A DNA stretch of 63,877 bases, the filler included, from Lama guanicoe (taxonomy: Eukaryota), in NCBI GenBank assembly GCA_013239625.1. It is 76 parts of 74 records of this genome, joined end to end, with 100 filler letters (N's around TTAATTAATTAA, not from the genome) between each part and the next. Parts side by side here need not be neighbours in the genome. Positions count along the whole stretch, not along the records: positions 25,786 to 27,014 come from MU056401.1; positions 27,115 to 27,710 come from PNXV01020719.1; positions 27,811 to 28,893 come from MU056402.1; positions 28,994 to 29,475 come from PNXV01020725.1; positions 29,576 to 30,551 come from MU056404.1; positions 30,652 to 31,529 come from MU056405.1; positions 31,630 to 32,371 come from PNXV01020730.1; positions 32,472 to 32,919 come from MU056406.1; 68 more parts are not named here. The stretch is one strand, 5' to 3'. Below the pieces are notes generated by a model that ran no database searches, had not been told where the DNA came from, and worked only from the letters and a program-made list of their open reading frames with translations. Made by a program: the position numbers and the translations under genes. Shown one piece after another: positions 25,686 through 39,228 of this stretch (within the stretch, counting starts at the first letter, position 1; every line of letters begins with the position of its first letter).

Positions 25686-26114
25686 NNNNNNNNNNNNNNN
25701 NNNNNNNNNNNNNNNNNNNNNNNNNNNNNTTAATTAATTAANNNNNNNNNNNNNNNNNNNNNNNNNNNNNNNNNNNNNNNNNNNNCATATTTATTGTGTA
25801 TAATCAAAGGAAAATTCATTAGCAGCTGTGTGATAGTAAGGAGGAACTTCGGAAAAGACAGGGTGAGGCAGAGATTGTAGAATACACAATGAGTACAAAG
25901 GATTAGTTTAATTTTAAGGAAGTAATGGGGTGAAGGGAACAAGATACATTTTTAGATATGTGAATTACAAAGCAGACCACCAGACCAGCCAGGTCCTTGT
26001 TTTGGGGATAATTGACTTTCTAACAGCACACAAGCCCAGCGTTTATAGCTGAGGGCCTCGGTCCTTGCTTTGCAACCAGCAGAGTGCTATCTAAAACCTC
26101 AGCTATTCAAGCAA

Positions 26115-27001
26115 AGCATTGTCTCCGCTTTTTAAGGCAAGGAGACTGGAGTGAGGATGCACAGGTACTTGCTTGCTAAGCAGTTTCTAAGCACACTTTT
26201 CTCTTCTTAAAGTTCACAGGCGGCAGGGGTGTGTTACAATTTGTTAACGCAATCATGGGCTCTCACGTGGAACCATTATGGAGGACAGCCTAGGATGACA
26301 AATCCTTGCTGTCAGTCTTTTTCTGCCAGCTGCAGCCACTCTAGCAGGGACTAGACACATCCGTGAATAACGATCCTACATAACCACCCACACTCTTAAC
26401 TCCTGGTGCTTGAAACTTAATAGTAGCTCTACACAACTTACCGTAGAAANNNNNNNNNNNNNNNNNNNNNNNNNNNNNNNNNNNNNNNNNNNNNNNNNNN
26501 NNNNNNNNNNNNNNNNNNNNNNNNNNNNNNNNNNNNNNNNNNNNNNNNNNNNNNNNNNNNNNNNNNNNNNNNNNNNNNNNNNNNNNNNNNNNNNNNNNNN
26601 NNNNNNNNNNNNNNNNNNNNNNNNNNNNNNNNNNNNNNNNNNNNNNNNNNNNNNNNNNNNNNNNNNNNNNNNNNNNNNNNNNNNNNNNNNNNNNNNNNNN
26701 NNNNNNNNNNNNNNNNNNNNNNNNNNNNNNNNNNNNNNNNNNNNNNNNNNNNNNNNNNNNNNNNNNNNNNNNNNNNNNNNNNNNNNNNTGGAGAAAGAAC
26801 ACAAATGTTAAAAGAAAAATCTATAAACCTGAAGCAACTCCATCTCCGAATCATGATACACAATGACATGAGAGTAAGTGTGTCAGGCACAAAGCATGCG
26901 TGAAGCTGACCACCTCACTTCTATTCTTCAAAGGAAGGAAGATTTTCATATTTTTTAGTATAATCCTTTGTCATTGTTTCTGATTATGCCAAAAAATAGT
27001 T
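26115..27001 (+). repeat. Unclassified duplicated sequence, copy 1 (paralog at 45333-46241)
   Basis: Colinear match on both sides of the internal gap. Confidence 0.85.
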
Positions 27002-27179
27002 TATGAAATAATTANNNNNNNNNNNNNNNNNNNNNNNNNNNNNNNNNNNNNNNNNNNNTTAATTAATTAANNNNNNNNNNNNNNNNNNNNNNNNNNNNNN
27101 NNNNNNNNNNNNNNATGGCATAATTCAATGATAAATAAATGAATAAATATGTAAATAAGTAAATAAATAAGTAAAAAAT

Positions 27180-27710
27180 TAATATTTAATAATAAAAGAA
27201 ATACAAAGATTCACACTACATAACTTTACACATCAAAAATCTAGGAGAAAACAGAAAGAATAAAGAAGAAATCTGAATGAATGGGAGCAAAGAAAATAAC
27301 AAGAGAAACAATTGAAAAGATAAAAAAAATTATACCTAAGTCTGTTTCTTTTCAACATAAAGTGGACAAATGTTTTGGTTGGCTAAGAAAATAAAGACTC
27401 AAATATAATTAGAAATAAAAGAGAAGATATTACTCCTGATGTTGTAACATCATAAAAGATTACCACTAGCCAACGATTTGAATGACCTAGAACAAAAGAG
27501 AGATCCCCAGAAACATATGTCTTCCAACACTGAATCAAGAAGAAATTAGAAAGTTAAATACATCAAAAGTGTGTATGAGAAAATCAGTAATCAAAACCTC
27601 CCAAACCAGAAAAAGTTTACAAGATGACTTTACTGGTCAATTCTGCCATATATTTGTAGATAATTTTTCACCAATTCTTCTCCAAAACTTTCAAGAATTT
27701 GAAGGGGTGA
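27180..27710 (+). mobile_element. Highly degenerate LINE-1 ORF2 fragment, copy 1 (paralog at 41308-41765)
   Basis: attagaaataaaagagaagatattac...ctgaatcaagaagaaatt...gatgactttactggtcaattctgcca...ccaattcttctc. Confidence 0.78.
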
Positions 27711-27810
27711 NNNNNNNNNNNNNNNNNNNNNNNNNNNNNNNNNNNNNNNNNNNNTTAATTAATTAANNNNNNNNNNNNNNNNNNNNNNNNNNNNNNNNNN
27801 NNNNNNNNNN

Positions 27811-28893
27811 TATATTCAATATTCTGTATTCTATATTCTAAATTTTGTGTTCTGCATTCAAAGTTCTAAATTCTATATTCAGTATTCTTTATTCTATATT
27901 CTAAATTTTATGTACTGCATTCCATGTACTAATTCCTATATTCAGAATTCTGTATTTTATATTCTAAATTCTGATTTCTGCATTATGTATTCTAAATTCT
28001 ATAATCACTATTCAGTATTCTACATTCTAAATTTTGTGTTATGCTTTCCATTTTCTAAATTCTGGATTCTTTATTCTCTATACTATAATCTATATAATAT
28101 TCTGTGCATTCTATATTCTAAATTCTGTATTCAGTATTCTGTATTCTATATTCTACATTCTGTGTTCTGCATTCCATTACTAAATTCTAGGTTCCATATA
28201 CTCTTATATATATTCAATATATTGGGTTCTTCACTCTGTATTCTACATTCAATATTCTGCATTCATTTTCTATATTCTAAATTCTCTTTATATATTCTGT
28301 ATTTTAAATTCTTTATTCTGTATTCTGTATTCTATATTCTGAATTCTGTGTTCTACATTCTATATTCAAAATTCTTAATTCAGTATTCTGTATTATATAT
28401 TCTAAATTCTGTGTTCTGCTTTCCATGTTCAAAAATCTGGCTTCTANNNNNNNNNNNNNNNNNNNNNNNNNNNNNNNNNNNNNNNNNNNNNNNNNNNNNN
28501 NNNNNNNNNNNNNNNNNNNNNNNNNNNNNNNNNNNNNNNNNNNNNNNNNNNNNNNNNNNNNNNNNNNNNNNNNNNNNNNNNNNNNNNNNNNNNNNNNNNN
28601 NNNNNNNNNNNNNNNNNNNNNNNNNNNNNNNNNNNNNNNNNNNNNNNNNNNNNNNNNNNNNNNNNTATTCTGTGTTCTACATTCTATATTCTAAATTCTA
28701 TATTCAGTATTATGTATTCTATTGTCTAAATTCTGTTTTCTGCATTCAATATTCTAAATTCTATATTCATTATTACCTATTCTATATTCTAAATTCTGTG
28801 TTCTGCATTCCATATTCTAAATTCTGAATTCTATATTCTCTATACTATATTCAATATTCTGTGTTCTACATTCGATATTCTAAATTCTATATT
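27811..28893 (+). repeat. Satellite A with a clear 63-bp sub-period
   Basis: ttctatattcagtattc-like phrase at 27871, 27934 and 27997. Confidence 0.93.
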
Positions 28894-28993
28894 NNNNNNN
28901 NNNNNNNNNNNNNNNNNNNNNNNNNNNNNNNNNNNNNTTAATTAATTAANNNNNNNNNNNNNNNNNNNNNNNNNNNNNNNNNNNNNNNNNNNN

Positions 28994-29475
28994 TTTATGA
29001 ATAAATTTCTCCTCAAAGTGGGCATGAGGAAACATACCTCAAGAAATCTAAGACCTTATATGACAAGAACTTAGCTAACATGACACTCACTGATTAATAG
29101 CTGAAAGAATCTCCAATAAGAGCAGGAAGAAGACAAGAATGCTCACTCTAACCACTTTTATTAATTATAGTATTGGAAATTCTAGCCATACCTATTCAAA
29201 ATAAAAGTAAAAAGTAAGTAAAACATAGGTAATTAAGAAAAGGAGTAAAAGTATCTGTTTTCAGATGACATAATTTAAACAGAAATCCTAAAAATGGTGC
29301 CACAAAACTAGTAAGGCTTATCAATACATTTGGTAAAATTTCCAAATGTAAAATTAACATACAGAAATCTTGCATTTCTACATACTAACAAAAAGCTAAC
29401 TGATACAGAAAGTGAGGGAACTGTATCAGTAATTGAAGATAATGCAAACAGATGAAAGGACATACTGTGTTCATT
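28994..29475 (+). mobile_element. Degenerate LINE-1 ORF2 RT-region fragment
   Basis: ggaagaagacaagaatgctcactc...tagtattggaaattctagcc...ttttcagatgacat...aaaattaacatacagaaatc. Confidence 0.82.
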
Positions 29476-29575
29476 NNNNNNNNNNNNNNNNNNNNNNNNN
29501 NNNNNNNNNNNNNNNNNNNTTAATTAATTAANNNNNNNNNNNNNNNNNNNNNNNNNNNNNNNNNNNNNNNNNNNN

Positions 29576-30551
29576 TCTACATTGTATATTCATATACTAT
29601 ATTCAGTTTTCGGTATTCTATATTCTAAATTTTGTGTTCTATATTCCATGTCCTAAGTTCTGGGTTCTATATTCTCTATTCTCTACTCTATATTTTGTGT
29701 TCATTATTCTATATTCTATATTTTATATACTGCATTCCGTAGTCTATATTGTATATTCTGTGTTCTATATTCTATATTCTAAATTCTATTTTCAGTATTC
29801 TGTATTCTATATTCTAAATTGTGTGTTCTGCATTCCTTGTTCTAAATTCTGGTTTCTATATTCTCTATTCCATTTTCTATATTCTGTGTTCTACATTCGA
29901 AATTGTAAATTCTATATTTAGTATTTTATATTCTACATTCTAAATTCTGTTTTCTACATTCTTTATTCTATATTCTTTTTTCAGTATTCTGTATTCTATA
30001 TTCTAAATTCTGTGTTGTGCATTCCATGTTCTAAATTTTGTGTTCTATATTCTGTTTTCTATATTCTGCATTCCGTATTCAATATTCTATATTGTGTGTT
30101 CTATATTCTATATTCTAATTATTATATTCAGTATTCCGTATTCTATATTCTATACTCTGTGTTCTTCATTCTATATTCTAAATTCTATATTCAGAATTCT
30201 GTATTCTATATTCTAAATTCTGTGTTCGGCNNNNNNNNNNNNNNNNNNNNNNNNNTTCTATATTCTCTATTCTATATTCTATTTTGTGTGTTGTACATTC
30301 TATATTCTAAATGCTATATTCAGTATTCTGTATTCTATATTCTAAATTCTGTGTTCTGCATTCCTGTTTATAAATTCTCTATTCGGTATTCTGCATTCTA
30401 TATTCTAAATTCTGTGTTCTGCTTTATATACTCTAAATTCAATAGGTTGTATTCTGTATACTATATTCTAAATCCTGTGTTCTGCATTCCATGTTCTATA
30501 TACTGGTTTATATATTCTCTATTCTCTATTCTATATTCTCTGTTCTACATT
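29576..30551 (+). repeat. Satellite A
   Basis: ATTCTAT heptamers. Confidence 0.93.
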
Positions 30552-32471
30552 NNNNNNNNNNNNNNNNNNNNNNNNNNNNNNNNNNNNNNNNNNNNTTAAT
30601 TAATTAANNNNNNNNNNNNNNNNNNNNNNNNNNNNNNNNNNNNNNNNNNNNGAAGTATTGATCACTGAATGGAAGTCATACTTTACAGGACAAATGAATA
30701 TTAGTATCAGCTCTGTCAACAAAGCTCACGTCTATTTATTCATCACTCAGTTTGCTAATTGGGTACTTACAGAGCTCACTTCACCGTCCTCCCGTGGGCT
30801 CAGGCTCCACAGAAAAGAGCTGGTGTGTCTTCCTCTTTTCCAGAAGAAGACACATTTAGCTTGTAGCCTTCTGTACCTCGCCAGACTTAGGATATTAGTT
30901 TGTTGGTTTAATTGTATTTTCTGTTNNNNNNNNNNNNNNNNNNNNNNNNNNNNNNNNNNNNNNNNNNNNNNNNNNNNNNNNNNNNNNNNNNNNNNNNNNN
31001 NNNNNNNNNNNNNNNNNNNNNNNNNNNNNNNNNNNNNNNNNNNNNNNNNNNNNNNNNNNNNNNNNNNNNNNNNNNNNNNNNNNNNNNNNNNNNNNNNNNN
31101 NNNNNNNNNNNNNNNNNNNNNNNAAAAAATGTCTGTTAACAGTTAAGAAAACAAAAGCAAAGAAAAAATGCACATGAGAGCTTAATTTAGAAAATGTCTA
31201 GTGTGTTTTCTATCTCGGCAATGGAGGGTTCTAGAAACTCGTGAAAAGTTTCATTACACAAGTTCCTTAAAATGCTGATTAAGAAATAAAACCTTCCTTC
31301 CTCATCTTTCAAGCTGCACAACTAATTGTCAAGAAAGTGAGGGGAAATACTCAGAAGCCAAGAAAAACGAGAAAGCAGGGTTTCTGGGAGATATGCAAGC
31401 CTTAGAATCCCTCGGGTGTTGGTTCGCTCCTGAACTGATTTTCAGTTGCCTTGACAGGAGGGCAGTATGTGAGCCTCAGACCTCTCACACTAGGAGTTGG
31501 ATGGGGGTTCATATTATGGGCCAAGCCCANNNNNNNNNNNNNNNNNNNNNNNNNNNNNNNNNNNNNNNNNNNNTTAATTAATTAANNNNNNNNNNNNNNN
31601 NNNNNNNNNNNNNNNNNNNNNNNNNNNNNCTCCGTTAACAAACAAGTAAATAAACCTGATCACCTCCCCCCACCCAGCAAAAAAAAAAAAATTTTAAGCC
31701 AAAAAAAAGAAGAGGAAGAAAGAAAAAAAACTCAGCACATGGTCATCAAGAACTTCTCATCAATGGGACAGTCTCCCATCCCTGGTGGCAGCGTGCGAGT
31801 GGATTTTGAACTCAGTGGAGTGGGGTCAACACCAGCATTTTAAAAAATGAAAGAGAATGAAAGAGAAGAGATGGGGGGAAATTTCTGCATGTGAGGCTGC
31901 CTAGCCTTCTTCTTTGAAGAAAGCTTGTGGATTATCTCTGTCCTCCACCCACGCCGAAAGGCAGAAAACCACCAAGTCAGTAATACGCTAATTTCTTACC
32001 AGGATTAGTTATATGTAAATAGGTTTGTAAAGGCCGTAAGTAGGTTATTCCAAAGGATGCGTAATCCATATCAGAGTGGTTTGAAGAGTTACAAAATACC
32101 CCAGTCTTTCCGTAATGCCTAGTTTTATGTTTTGTGTTGTGTTTTTCATGACTCTGCAAGCTACCACCACTAAAGTCACACCCACAGCAGAGAAGCTTCA
32201 TCTGAAAGATCAGACCATCTCATTCTTCATTATGGGAGGATTCCCACCATGGCTTGTGACAGATGCTGTGATCTCTGCTGAGTTTTGGTTTGTAAAGAAA
32301 ACAATTAACTGACCTCAAAACGGGAAAATCTGTGACATACTAAGTGTCCCAGATAAAATAGGGGTCCAGTCNNNNNNNNNNNNNNNNNNNNNNNNNNNNN
32401 NNNNNNNNNNNNNNNTTAATTAATTAANNNNNNNNNNNNNNNNNNNNNNNNNNNNNNNNNNNNNNNNNNNN

Positions 32472-32919
32472 CAAAACACAGAAGTTAGAATATAGCATAT
32501 GGAATACTGAATATAGAATTAAGAATATAGAATATAGAACACAGAATATTGAATATAGAATACGAAATGCAGAATATAGAATACAGAATATAGAATGTAG
32601 AATACAGAATATACATTATGGAAANNNNNNNNNNNNNNNNNNNNNNNNNNNNNNNNNNNNNNNNNNNNNNNNNNNNNNNNNNNNNNNNNNNNNNNNNNNN
32701 NNNNNNNNNNNNNNNNNNNNNNNNNNNNNNNNNNNNNNNNNNNNNNNNNNNNNNNNNNNNNNNNNNNNNNNNNNNNNNNNNNNNNNNNNNNNNNNNNNNN
32801 NNNNNNNNNNNNAGAATACAGAGAATGTAAAATTTAGAATATAGAAACAGAACACCGATTATAAAATACTGAATAGAGAATTTAGAACTTGGAATGCAGA
32901 ACGCAGAATGTAGAATATT
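32472..32919 (-). repeat. Satellite A, gapped
   Basis: ATAGAAT heptamers. Confidence 0.92.
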
Positions 32920-33545
32920 NNNNNNNNNNNNNNNNNNNNNNNNNNNNNNNNNNNNNNNNNNNNTTAATTAATTAANNNNNNNNNNNNNNNNNNNNNNNNN
33001 NNNNNNNNNNNNNNNNNNNGTGTGTGTTTCTTTTAATCTACTGTGGTGGTCTGATACACTGGTCTTTTTTCTTTTGATACGCTGAGATTTTCAAAATGTT
33101 ACAGAAAGTTCTTCTTTGTGGGAAATATGATTCAAAAAATCAAAATATAAGAAAGAAAAAAACATATTTAAAATCGATTGAGTACATTCTAGAGTAGGAA
33201 TTCTCTTAAAGCTGGTGAAAGAAAGTCTATGTTTGCTGTCATCTGGGATATTAGAGGTGAACACAGAGTAACATGAGAACAGAGAAGAGCTGCATACCTA
33301 ACTCTGAAGACATCACAGAGAAGTTCCACAAAAATTGTTACTTAAGCTGAGAATTTTTTAAATGTTTTTAAAGTAATATAATTAAATGTTATCATCTGTA
33401 TAATACTTAGATGTCATAAATGAATTTTAAATTTAACAAATCTAANNNNNNNNNNNNNNNNNNNNNNNNNNNNNNNNNNNNNNNNNNNNTTAATTAATTA
33501 ANNNNNNNNNNNNNNNNNNNNNNNNNNNNNNNNNNNNNNNNNNNN

Positions 33546-34421
33546 CTATTCCGTATATTATATTCTATATTCTGTGTTCTACAATCTATAATCTTAATTC
33601 TATATACAGTTTTCTGTATTCTACATTCTCAATTCTGTGTTCTGCATTCCATGTCCTAAATTCTGGGTTGTTGTATTCTGTTTTCCATATTCTATATTGT
33701 GTGTTCTATATTCTATATTCTGTATTCTATTTTCGGCATTCCGTATTCTATACTCTATACTCTGTTTTCTACATTCTATATTCTAAAAATTCTATATTCA
33801 ATATTATTTATTCTATATTCTAAATTCCGTGTTCTGCATCTATGTTCTAAATTCTATATTCAGTAAAAAGTATTCTATACTCTAAATTCTGTGTTCTGGA
33901 TTCCATGTTCTAAATCTTATATTTAGTTTTCGGTATTCCATATTATATATTCTGTGCTATGCATTCCATGTTCTAATTTCTTTATTCAGTATTCTGCATT
34001 CTAAATTCTGTATTCTGTGTTCTGCATTCTATGTTCTAAATTCTATATTCAGTATACTGTATTCTATTTTCTAAATTCTATATTCAGTATACTGTATTCT
34101 ATTTTCTAAATTCTATATTCAGTATACTGTATTCTATTTTCTAAATTCTATATTCAGTATACTGTATTCTATTTTCTAAATTCTATATTCAGTATACTGT
34201 ATTCTATTTTCTAAATTCTATATTCAGTATTCTGTATTCTATATTCTAAATTCTGTGTTCTGCATTTCATGTTCTAAATTGTGTTTTCTGTATTCTTTTT
34301 TCCATATTCTATAATCTGTTTTCTACATTCTATATTCTGTATCCTATATTCTGCATTCTTTATTCGTTATAAAATATTCTGTGGTCTACATTCTATATTC
34401 TAAATTCTATATTCAGTATTC
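33546..34421 (+). repeat. Satellite A with a perfect 35-bp x5 run (34041-34215)
   Basis: Five exact copies of ttctatattcagtatactgtattctattttctaaa. Confidence 0.93.
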
Positions 34422-35093
34422 NNNNNNNNNNNNNNNNNNNNNNNNNNNNNNNNNNNNNNNNNNNNTTAATTAATTAANNNNNNNNNNNNNNNNNNNNNNN
34501 NNNNNNNNNNNNNNNNNNNNNGCCGGTCTGTGGAATTCTCTAGCTCTGCTGTTATTAGAAATGGCGGTCAGGTGGCCTGGCTACCCTAGATGGCAGCATT
34601 TTGCCCTTCAGGGTATGGCCTATGTCCTGGCACTCCTCCCTGTCCTGCAATATTGCTGCCGATATATCAGCTGAAACCCCTCTGGAGGTTCTCTTTTGAC
34701 TATGTTGCTTTCCTCCAGGCGCATTTTAAATCACTGGGATGCTCATGAAATTCCACCTCCTTTGGATGCTGTGTACTTCCTGAATTCGCATAGATGATAC
34801 TTTCTAGGCTTTCAGCAAGTTTCGGTCTGATTTTTCTACAGATAACTTTTCAAACATGTTTTGCTTCTTTACCTCTTGCTTTTCCATCTGGGACCCTTAC
34901 GAATCCTAGTCTTTCATGCCTTGTCTAACTCTAGGATTCAACAGCAATGTTTTCTTTGGTTTGCACTTGCTTTCCTGTGTCTGCTTCTGACCGNNNNNNN
35001 NNNNNNNNNNNNNNNNNNNNNNNNNNNNNNNNNNNNNTTAATTAATTAANNNNNNNNNNNNNNNNNNNNNNNNNNNNNNNNNNNNNNNNNNNN

Positions 35094-35584
35094 GTATTCT
35101 ATATTCTAAATTCTGTGTTCTGCATTCCACGTTCAAATTTATAGGTTCTATATACTCTATTCTATATTCTATATTCTGTGTTCTACATTATGTATTCTAA
35201 GTTCTATATTCAGAATTCTGTATTATGTATTCTAAATTCTGTGTTCTGCATTCCATGTTCTAAATTCTGGGTTCTGTATTCTGTTTTCCGTATTCTATAT
35301 TCTGTGTTCTACATTCGATATTCTGTATTCTTTATTCTATATTCTGTGTTCTACAATCTATATTCTAAATCAATATACAGTATGCTCTTTTCTATACTCT
35401 AAATTCTGTGTTTTGCATTCCATGTTCTAAATTCTGGGTTTTATTTTCTCTATTCTATATTCTATATTCTGTGTTTTATCTGTTCTGTCAAACTATATTC
35501 GAAATTCTATATTCTCTATTCTGTATTCAATATATTAAATTATGTGTTCTGTATTCTATGTTCTATATTCTGGCTTCTATATTC
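35094..35584 (+). repeat. Satellite A
   Basis: ATTCTAT heptamers. Confidence 0.93.
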
Positions 35585-35684
35585 NNNNNNNNNNNNNNNN
35601 NNNNNNNNNNNNNNNNNNNNNNNNNNNNTTAATTAATTAANNNNNNNNNNNNNNNNNNNNNNNNNNNNNNNNNNNNNNNNNNNN

Positions 35685-36485
35685 TTTCCATGAAGATCCT
35701 TAATCTGTTTCAAAGTTGGGTCCTGTGTTTTAAAATATTGAGTCTAGTATGCTACATATATTTTATGGATATTATCACCTTGTTGGTCTCATTGTCTGAA
35801 ATTATTTCTTCTGTTCTGTGTGTTGTCATATGTCTTGTAGAAGATTTCCTTTGTCTGCAAAAGGCTTTGCCCTTCACACATATACAAGAAGTAGAATCCN
35901 NNNNNNNNNNNNNNNNNNNNNNNNNNNNNNNNNNNNNNNNNNNNNNNNNNNNNNNNNNNNNNNNNNNNNNNNNNNNNNNNNNNNNNNNNNNNNNNNNNNN
36001 NNNNNNNNNNNNNNNNNNNNNNNNNNNNNNNNNNNNNNNNNNNNNNNNNNNNNNNNNNNNNNNNNNNNNNNNNNNNNNNNNNNNNNNNNNNNNNNNNNNN
36101 NNNNNNNNNNNNNNNNNNNNNNNNNNNNNNNNNNNNNNNNNNNNNNNNNNNNNNNNNNNNNNNNNNNNNNNNNNNNNNNNNNNNNNNNNNNNNNNNNNNN
36201 NNNNNNNNNNNNNNNCTTACCTCCTTCATTGTAGACTAACTGACCATATGTGTGTGGGTTTATTTTCAGACTGTTTATTTTGTTCCATTGATCTATGTGT
36301 CACTTTTAGTGATATATTTTGATGTTTTGATTACTGTAGTTTTGTAGTAAGTTATAAATTCAGGGAGGATTATACCCACAGCTTTGTTCATTTTTCAAAG
36401 ATAATTTTAGAAAATTCGGTTCTTTCCAATTTTTGTATAAATTTTATTTTCTACTCCTTGTTTTGAGAAGTGACATATGGATTCT
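35685..36485 (-). mobile_element. Degenerate LINE-1 distal ORF2, antisense
   Basis: tgaccatatgtgtgtgggtttatt...tgttccattgatctatgtg...ttttgattactgtag...cagctttgttc. Confidence 0.75.
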
Positions 36486-36489
36486 GTGT

Positions 36490-36958
36490 GAATATAAATT
36501 TATTAAAAGTAATAACCTAAGAAAAATTGTAAAATGCGGAGGATAAATCATACAATATTAAACAACAAATGAATTTTGCTGTAAAAATCAAAGGAAATAT
36601 ATATAAGAAAAATGACAACAAAACCAAAGTCCAAGAGGTATAACAAAAGCAGTATTAACAGGGATGCTTATAGCAAAATAATCCCACTTATACAAATAAG
36701 AAACATCCTTCTCTTATAATCTTACAAACAAAGATGTAGCAAAATAAGAAAAAAATTGTTAGTAGAAGGAAAGGAAGCTGAAAAGTCAGAATATAAATAA
36801 ATAAAATAATGATTAATAATAGAAACATTTAATCAAACTAAATAATGCCTTTTGAAAGATAAATAAAATTGATAAACTTTTACCAGACACATGAGAATAA
36901 AGGATTACGGATTAATAAGCTCAGAAATAAATGAGAAGTTACAGCTTATATCAAAGAA
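36490..36958 (+). mobile_element. Degenerate LINE-1 proximal ORF2 (after the endonuclease domain), sense
   Basis: aaacaacaaatg...caaaagcagtatta...ttatagc...gttagtagaaggaaagg...tttgaaagataaataaaattgataaac. Confidence 0.7.
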
Positions 36959-38275
36959 NNNNNNNNNNNNNNNNNNNNNNNNNNNNNNNNNNNNNNNNNN
37001 NNTTAATTAATTAANNNNNNNNNNNNNNNNNNNNNNNNNNNNNNNNNNNNNNNNNNNNGATTCAGAGTGCAGTAGCATTTTCAGAGTACTTTTTACATCA
37101 ATAACTATTATTTATAAATTAATGTGTGCTAAACAAGTATGTGGAATTATTTCCATTTTGCTTTTAGACTTACTACAGCTTAACGTATTCACTGCACTGA
37201 TACAGAGTAATTTTTCTAATGAATAAAAATGATAATGTACAACCTTGTTAAAGATTCTTTAATTTCACCATCACCAGATTTATGAACATTTAGGCNNNNN
37301 NNNNNNNNNNNNNNNNNNNNNNNNNNNNNNNNNNNNNNNNNNNNNNNNNNNNNNNNNNNNNNNNNNNNNNNNNNNNNNNNNNNNNNNNNNNNNNNNNNNN
37401 NNNNNNNNNTTCTCCCCACTTTCACATCCTTCCATTTTACAGCCTAAACACTAATCTTTCTCTAAACACCTTCTAATGATTTCCAACCTCACCAGCTACA
37501 CCAGGATTTTAACTTCTCTCTTCTGCAACTGTCCTCCACTGTATATAGTNNNNNNNNNNNNNNNNNNNNNNNNNNNNNNNNNNNNNNNNNNNNTTAATTA
37601 ATTAANNNNNNNNNNNNNNNNNNNNNNNNNNNNNNNNNNNNNNNNNNNNTCTTAAATTCTGATATTCCAGAAGGCTGAAATGGAGGGATTGCAAAGAAAG
37701 AAGCCACCTGATTCATATCTGTGCTTAAAATTAAAAATAGCGTTCTTTATCTTCTGTGTTCTCATCTCTCAAATGCACGGTTCTCATCTGCAACGTATCA
37801 CACTCTATTTGCAAGCAAGTGTTGCATTGTATATCTGCCTTCTTATATTAAATAACTGATAAAGCACATTATTTATATTAGCTGAGAACTAAGGTTTGTG
37901 AGGAAGAAAAGAAAGGAAAAGAAGATACAGATACACTGTCTGGAACCAGTTTATTTCTCTATCGTGTAGTAATCAAGTTACATTCTAGAGCTCCAGGGCT
38001 GGCACTGGTGATGCAGTCCTTCACAAGTGTTTCCTGCATGTGGAATTTCTCACGTTCTCACCATTTTGGAACAGCTGGTAGGAACAAACAACCATGAAAG
38101 CACACAGCCAGTTTTTTGTTTGTTTATTTGTTTGTTTGTGTTTTAAAGAGCAATGCTTGGCACTGACACACATTANNNNNNNNNNNNNNNNNNNNNNNNN
38201 NNNNNNNNNNNNNNNNNNNTTAATTAATTAANNNNNNNNNNNNNNNNNNNNNNNNNNNNNNNNNNNNNNNNNNNN

Positions 38276-39128
38276 GTAACTCTGTAGTATTGTCTGAAGT
38301 CTGGGAGAGTTATTCCTCCAGGCTTTCTTTCTCTTCAGTAATTCTTTAGCAATTCTTGGTCTTTGATGGTTCCATATAAATTTTATTGTGATTTGTTCCA
38401 GTTCTATGAAATATGTCAGGGGTAATTTGATAGGGATTGCATTAAATCTGTAGATTGCCTTGGGCAGTGTGACCATTTTAACAATATTGATCTTTGCAAT
38501 CCAAGAGAATGGGATACCTTTCCATTTTTTAAAGTCTTCTTTAATGTCCTACACCAATGGTTTATAGTTTTCTGTGTATAATTCTCTAACCTCTGTGGTT
38601 AGATTTATTCCTAGATATTTTATTACTTTGGGTGCTATTTTAAAGGGGATTGTTTCTTTACTTCTTTTTCTGTTGATTCATCATTAGTGTAAGGAAATGC
38701 AACTGATTTTGGAACATTAATCTTGTAACCTGCTACCTTGATAAATCCTTCGATCAGCTCTAGTAGTTTTTGTGTGGACCTTTTAGGGTTTTTAAGATAC
38801 AGTATCACAGTATCGTGTCACCTTTTACCACTTCTTATCCAATTTAGACCCCTGTTACTTTTCTTACTTGCCTGATTGCTCTATCCAGGACTTCAAAGTC
38901 TATGTTAAATAGGAGTGGTGATAGTGGGCATCCTTGTCTTGTCCCAGATTTTAGTGGGAATCTTTGGGTTTTTCACTGTTGAGTGCTATGCTGGCTGTAC
39001 GTTTGCCATATATAGCTTTTATAATGTTGAGTTATGTTCACTCAATATCCACATTGGTGAGATTTTTATCATAAATGGATGTTGAATTTTATCAAAAGCT
39101 TTTCTGCATCTTTTGAGATGATATGTGG
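38276..39128 (-). mobile_element. LINE-1 ORF2 (RT and downstream), disrupted
   Basis: Minus-strand [16 protein letters not shown]...KFIWN; gggacaagacaaggatgcccac; indels present. Confidence 0.96.
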
Positions 39129-39228
39129 NNNNNNNNNNNNNNNNNNNNNNNNNNNNNNNNNNNNNNNNNNNNTTAATTAATTAANNNNNNNNNNNNNNNN
39201 NNNNNNNNNNNNNNNNNNNNNNNNNNNN

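Noticed and set aside
27847..28827. Long hydrophobic YSVFYIL-rich ORFs (also 59-706, 30012-30599, 54693-55415 and others)
   Set aside because: Translation of the heptamer satellite (21 nt = 7 aa period) plus N runs; no coding evidence
34580..34598. CTCF-like motif CCCTAGATGGCAGC
   Set aside because: A single imperfect motif with no context or conservation data
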